Shown piece by piece: positions 37,440-41,594 of a stretch of 41,594 nucleotides of DNA. Positions within the stretch are counted from its first letter, which is position 1; every line of letters begins with the position of its first letter. This stretch comes from Octopus sinensis (lineage: Eukaryota). The DNA lies in NCBI RefSeq assembly GCF_006345805.1, contig NW_021835695.1:1-41594 (forward strand), in the 5' to 3' direction. Under the pieces are notes generated by a model. It ran no database searches. It was given only the letters and a program-made list of their open reading frames with translations, and was not told the DNA's origin. The translations under genes were made by a program, and so were the position numbers.

Positions 37440-39642
37440 GCACCTTTGTTTGTTTCTTCTTTCTTTGTTTCGACACCGCTTGGAAAGGATCCCCGCCAGC
37501 CGCGGTTGCTGACCAGGGTGAGGTGAGGCAGGCTATTTTAGGGCAACCTTTTCTAGCCCCGTCCTCATGCTGGGAGGCGAGCAGAGCGATCTGAAGAGGG
37601 CTGCTCGGTCACTCAGGAGGCTGCGGACTCCACTGCTGCCTCAGTTCAGTGAGGGGCGACCACATGTCCTGAGCCGCCGTGTGTGGGTCACGACTGCAGC
37701 TCCCAGTGTATCCTCACCTGCTACTTCGCCGTTCCCCATCGCCACAGGACTTGGGATGGTGTCATGGCGTCATGATGTCGTGACATGCGCGTGACTTGGA
37801 TTATAGTGAGGGTGACTTGCGCAGGATCAGCCTCACCTGTTCCCCCTGCAGTCGGGGAAGTGAGCAGAGCCATCAAAAAAAATGTCCACCGGCAAAGCTC
37901 CAGGCTCTGACGCCATCCCTGCAGAGGTGTTTCAAGTCGGGAGGCCCCCATGATCAGTCATCTCACCAGCCTGTTCCAGTCGATGTGGGACAGGGAACAA
38001 CTCCCTCAAGATTTCCGGGATGCAACAATCGTCCACATTTATAAGCGGAAAGGAGATCGGCAGTCCTGCGACAACCACCGAGGTATTTCCCTCTTGTCCA
38101 TAGCAGGCAAGATCCTGGCCCGGTCCTGCTTGACCGCCTTCTGGAACACTTGGAGCAAGGCCTTCTCCCTGAGAGCCAGTGTGGCTTCCGTGCGGGTCGA
38201 GGGACCACTGACATGATATTCGCCGCCCGCCAGCTCCAGGAGAAATGCATGGAGCAGCACCTTGACCTCTGCATGACCTTTGTTGACCTCACCAAGGCCT
38301 TTGATACAGTCAGTCGGGAGGGACTATGGAAGGTCATGGGAAAATTGGTTGCCCCAGCAATTTTATTGCAATTGTCCGCCAGTTCCACGACGGAATGACA
38401 GCCAGAATCCTTGAGGACGGCGACTCATCTGAAGCCTTCCAGGTGACCAACGGAGTCAGGCAGGGCTGTGTCCTGGCCCCAACACTGTTCAGCATCATGT
38501 TCTCGGCAATGATGTCCGACGCCTTTAGGGACTGCAAGTCCGGTATCAACATCAAGTACAGGACAGACGGGAAACTTTTCAACTCCAGGAGATTGCAGGC
38601 TGTCACAAAGGTGAGGGAGACAGTCGTCAGAGACTTTCTCTTTGCTGACGACTGCGCCCTTAATGCAATCGATGAGCAGGAGATGCAGCTCGATGGACAG
38701 GTTCTCATCAGCCTGTGACAACTTCGGTCTCACCATCAGTGCAAAGAAAACCGAAGTGATGTTTCAGCCAGCCCCCGGCAACAATACCATGAGCCTCAGA
38801 TAAGGGTGAACGGACGGATCTTACGAGTGGTGGAAAACTTCACCTACCTGGGCAGCACTCTCTCCTGCAATGCCAACATAGATGCTGAACCATCAACAGA
38901 ATCTCCAAGCAAGCAGCGCGTTTGGGAGACTGCGAGAGAAAGTCTGGGAGCGGAGAGGAATCAGCCTCAACACCAAGCTGAAAGTCTACCGGGCAGTCGT
39001 GCTTACCACTCTCTACTAACGGCTGCGAGACGTGGACTGCTTACCGAAGGCACGAGCGCCAGATAAACCACTTCCATCTCAGGTGTCTTCGGAATCTCCT
39101 TCACATCCGCTGGCAGGACAAAGTCCCAGACACGGAAGTTCTGAAGCAGGCAGATCTCCCTAGCACACCATCACAATCATGCGCAAGGCCCAGCTGAGAT
39201 GGGCGGGCCATGTCTCCCGCATGTCCGACACTCGCATCCCAAAACAGCTCTTCTACGGTGAATCTCGGCCAGGGCAGGCGCAAAGTCGGAGGGCAGAAAA
39301 AGCGCTACAAGGTATAGTCTCAAGGTCTCTCTCAAAGACTTCTCCATCGGAACAGAGACCTGGGAGACACTTGCTGCCAACCGCTCATCCTGGCGCAGCG
39401 CAATCACCGTGGGAGCAGGGACAGCCGAGGAGGGACGGATTCGGTCAGCGGAGCAGAACGTCAGATGCGTAAAGTCAGAGCCGCCTGCACCAGTAGCACT
39501 GCCCCTACCCACTTCTGCCCCACCTGTGGGAGGGGCTTCCTTGCCCGGATTGGCCTCACCAGCCACCTCCGGTCTCATGGCGGCAGTTCCATCAGATGAT
39601 GTCAGTTGGTCATCTTCGAACCGAAGGACGAACATTATTATT
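37440..39642 (+). mobile_element. RTE-clade LINE: 5'UTR joined to RT, with no APE endonuclease
   Basis: A GC-rich 5'UTR-like segment runs into the RT region. The 3' end has a CTTCG-aac-CGAAG hairpin (39614-39626) and an (ATT)3 tail (39634-39642). The 5' boundary is uncertain (37396-37460). Confidence 0.92.
37838..39599 (+). pseudogene. RTE reverse transcriptase plus C-terminal Cys/His motif, frameshifted
   Basis: [61 protein letters not shown] (38641-38652), FTYLGS, QLRWAGHVSRM, CPTCGRGFLARIGLTSHLRSH. Broken by roughly a dozen or more 1-2 nt indels. Confidence 0.95.
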
Positions 39643-39659
39643 ATATATATATTATATAT

Positions 39660-39956
39660 CCACTGGAATTTCTATCTACCCTTTACGGATTCTCTTTTGG
39701 ATACTTACCCTCCGGCTGCACCTCTCCTACCTATGAATCACTGTGGACTCTACTCTTGATGAAAAATCCTTACAATACACCACGACGTCAAAACCTTTGA
39801 ACTTTACGTAAAACTGTTATTCGGTGTCCCTTTCTGTAGAAGAGCGTAGGCTCGAAACGTAAAAGACTTTTTTTCAATTCCTGAGTATTATACTAATACA
39901 TCTGTTTGTTTTGTTCACCACCTGTCTTCGTCTTTTGCTTTTTCGTGAACTCTCCC

Positions 39957-39957
<1 letters not shown>
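39660..39957 (+). mobile_element. Hammerhead-bearing short element, copy 3, with about 160 bp of extra upstream sequence that may belong to it
   Basis: 39820-39957 is homologous to copies 1 and 2. Followed by a long (TA)n. Confidence 0.7.
39830..39865 (+). ncRNA. Minimal hammerhead-like motif, copy 3
   Basis: CTTT, CTGTAGA, A, GAGC-gtag-GCTC, GAAA, CGT, A, AAAG. Putative GUA cleavage triplet. Confidence 0.6.
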
Positions 39958-40014
<57 letters not shown>

Positions 40015-40041
40015 TAATGAATGGAAATGAATTATCTTGTT

Positions 40042-40088
<47 letters not shown>

Positions 40089-40315
40089 CATACACAGATA
40101 TTAAAAAACAACCATACGTACATACATGGCGGCATATCGTGGCAATGGTGGCGATTGTCTCCCCCCAGCGGTGCAAACGCGAGTGCGTATATGCGCCACA
40201 AAACGATAAAGAAGGTCCTCCAACGGCAAACATGCCAGTATCCAGTGCTCCATCACAACATCCACTTTTAAATAGTGATAAATATTATCCTTTGGCATTA
40301 AAATTACTTCTGTCG

Positions 40316-40692
40316 CTTGGCGTGGCTGTGTGGTAAGAAGCTTGCTTCTCAACCACATGGTTCTGGGTCCAGTCCCACTACGTGGCACCTTGGGCAAGTG
40401 TCATCTACTATAGCCTTGGGTCGACCATAGCCTTGTGAGTGGATTTGGTAGAGGGAAACTGAAAGAAGTCCGTCGCATATATATATGTTTGTGGGTTTGT
40501 CCCATACCATCTCTTGACAACCGATGTTTGTGTGTTTATGTCCCCGTAACTTAGCTGCTTGTAAAAAAGACACCGATATTATAAGTACTATGCTTGCAAA
40601 GAATACGTCCTGGGGTCGATTTGTTCAAATAAAGGCGGTACTCCAGCATGGCCGCAGTCAAATGACTGAAACAAGTAAAAGAATGAAAGAAT
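40316..40692 (+). mobile_element. SINE family A, full length
   Basis: ggcgtggctgtgtggtaag head and cagtcaaatgactgaaacaagtaaaagaatgaaaga tail. Confidence 0.9.
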
Positions 40693-40859
40693 AATATGTG
40701 TGCGTGTTTGTGTGTGTGTGTGTGTATGTGTGTGTGTATGTGTGTGTGTGTACAACTGAGATTCAGTTGAATTATGTACTTACGTTGAAGCACTAAGTCA
40801 GTCCGTTATTATCCGCACAGCTCGAAGGTGATTATATATACACACACACACACGCACAC

Positions 40860-40964
<105 letters not shown>

Positions 40965-41101
40965 AATACAAAATGGGACAAGAATGCAAAACATCCAAAT
41001 AGGCGATACAAAAAACACGGACGGGTCGTTCGAAGCCTTTAATCTTCAGTCAACAACCAGATCATCCTTGCAATTTCGTCTGATTAATCTTGATATATAT
41101 G

Positions 41102-41172
<71 letters not shown>

Positions 41173-41594
41173 ATGCATGTATATATATATATATACTAGC
41201 CGAAAACCACCCACCGGGCGTCTTTCTGCTAGGCACTTGATAATATTTTCACATTTGATTCTTAATTCTAATAATTTTTATGATATTGGCTGCCGTCGTT
41301 TCTTTGCTGCTAAATGCTCTTGGTCAGTCGCATATTTTGGCATTCTTTCGGTTTATTTATTTACTTTTGTTTTAAAGTGAGAGGAGAAAGTGATAGAAAG
41401 TACGTGTATATGAAATGGACGCGCGCGGTGTGTGTGAGAGAGAGAGAGATAGATAGAGAGAGAGATAGAAAGAGAGAGATAGAGAGAGAAGGATGTGTTG
41501 TCATGTATCCGTATATACTTAAATAAGTAAATATTCATACATCTTTTTTGTATGTAATTGTGCATACGTGTGCTTGAGAGAGAGTTTGAGTGTC

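Overview
AT-rich eukaryotic DNA, saturated with microsatellites and repeats and mostly intronic or intergenic. The SINE families and simple-repeat density suggest an octopus/cephalopod genome (inference, not searched). No host gene can be named, and almost all ORF-track entries are microsatellite or SINE translations. Recognisable content: at least four tRNA-derived SINE families; three RTE-clade LINE pieces, including a GC-rich, endonuclease-deleted copy at about 37.4-39.6 kb; a 5'-truncated Penelope-like element with a GIY-YIG domain (about 35.2-36.1 kb); decayed mariner, pogo/Tigger, hAT-MITE and CR1/L2-like relics; and a few weak candidate micro-exons. The most notable signal is a dispersed element of about 170 bp, present in three + strand copies and each ending at a TA-rich tract. 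It carries a minimal type I hammerhead ribozyme fold with a non-canonical CUGUNGA core and a palindromic ACGU stem III. A second, unrelated hammerhead candidate lies on the - strand at 15825-15879. All folds and alignments were done by eye, and element boundaries are approximate.
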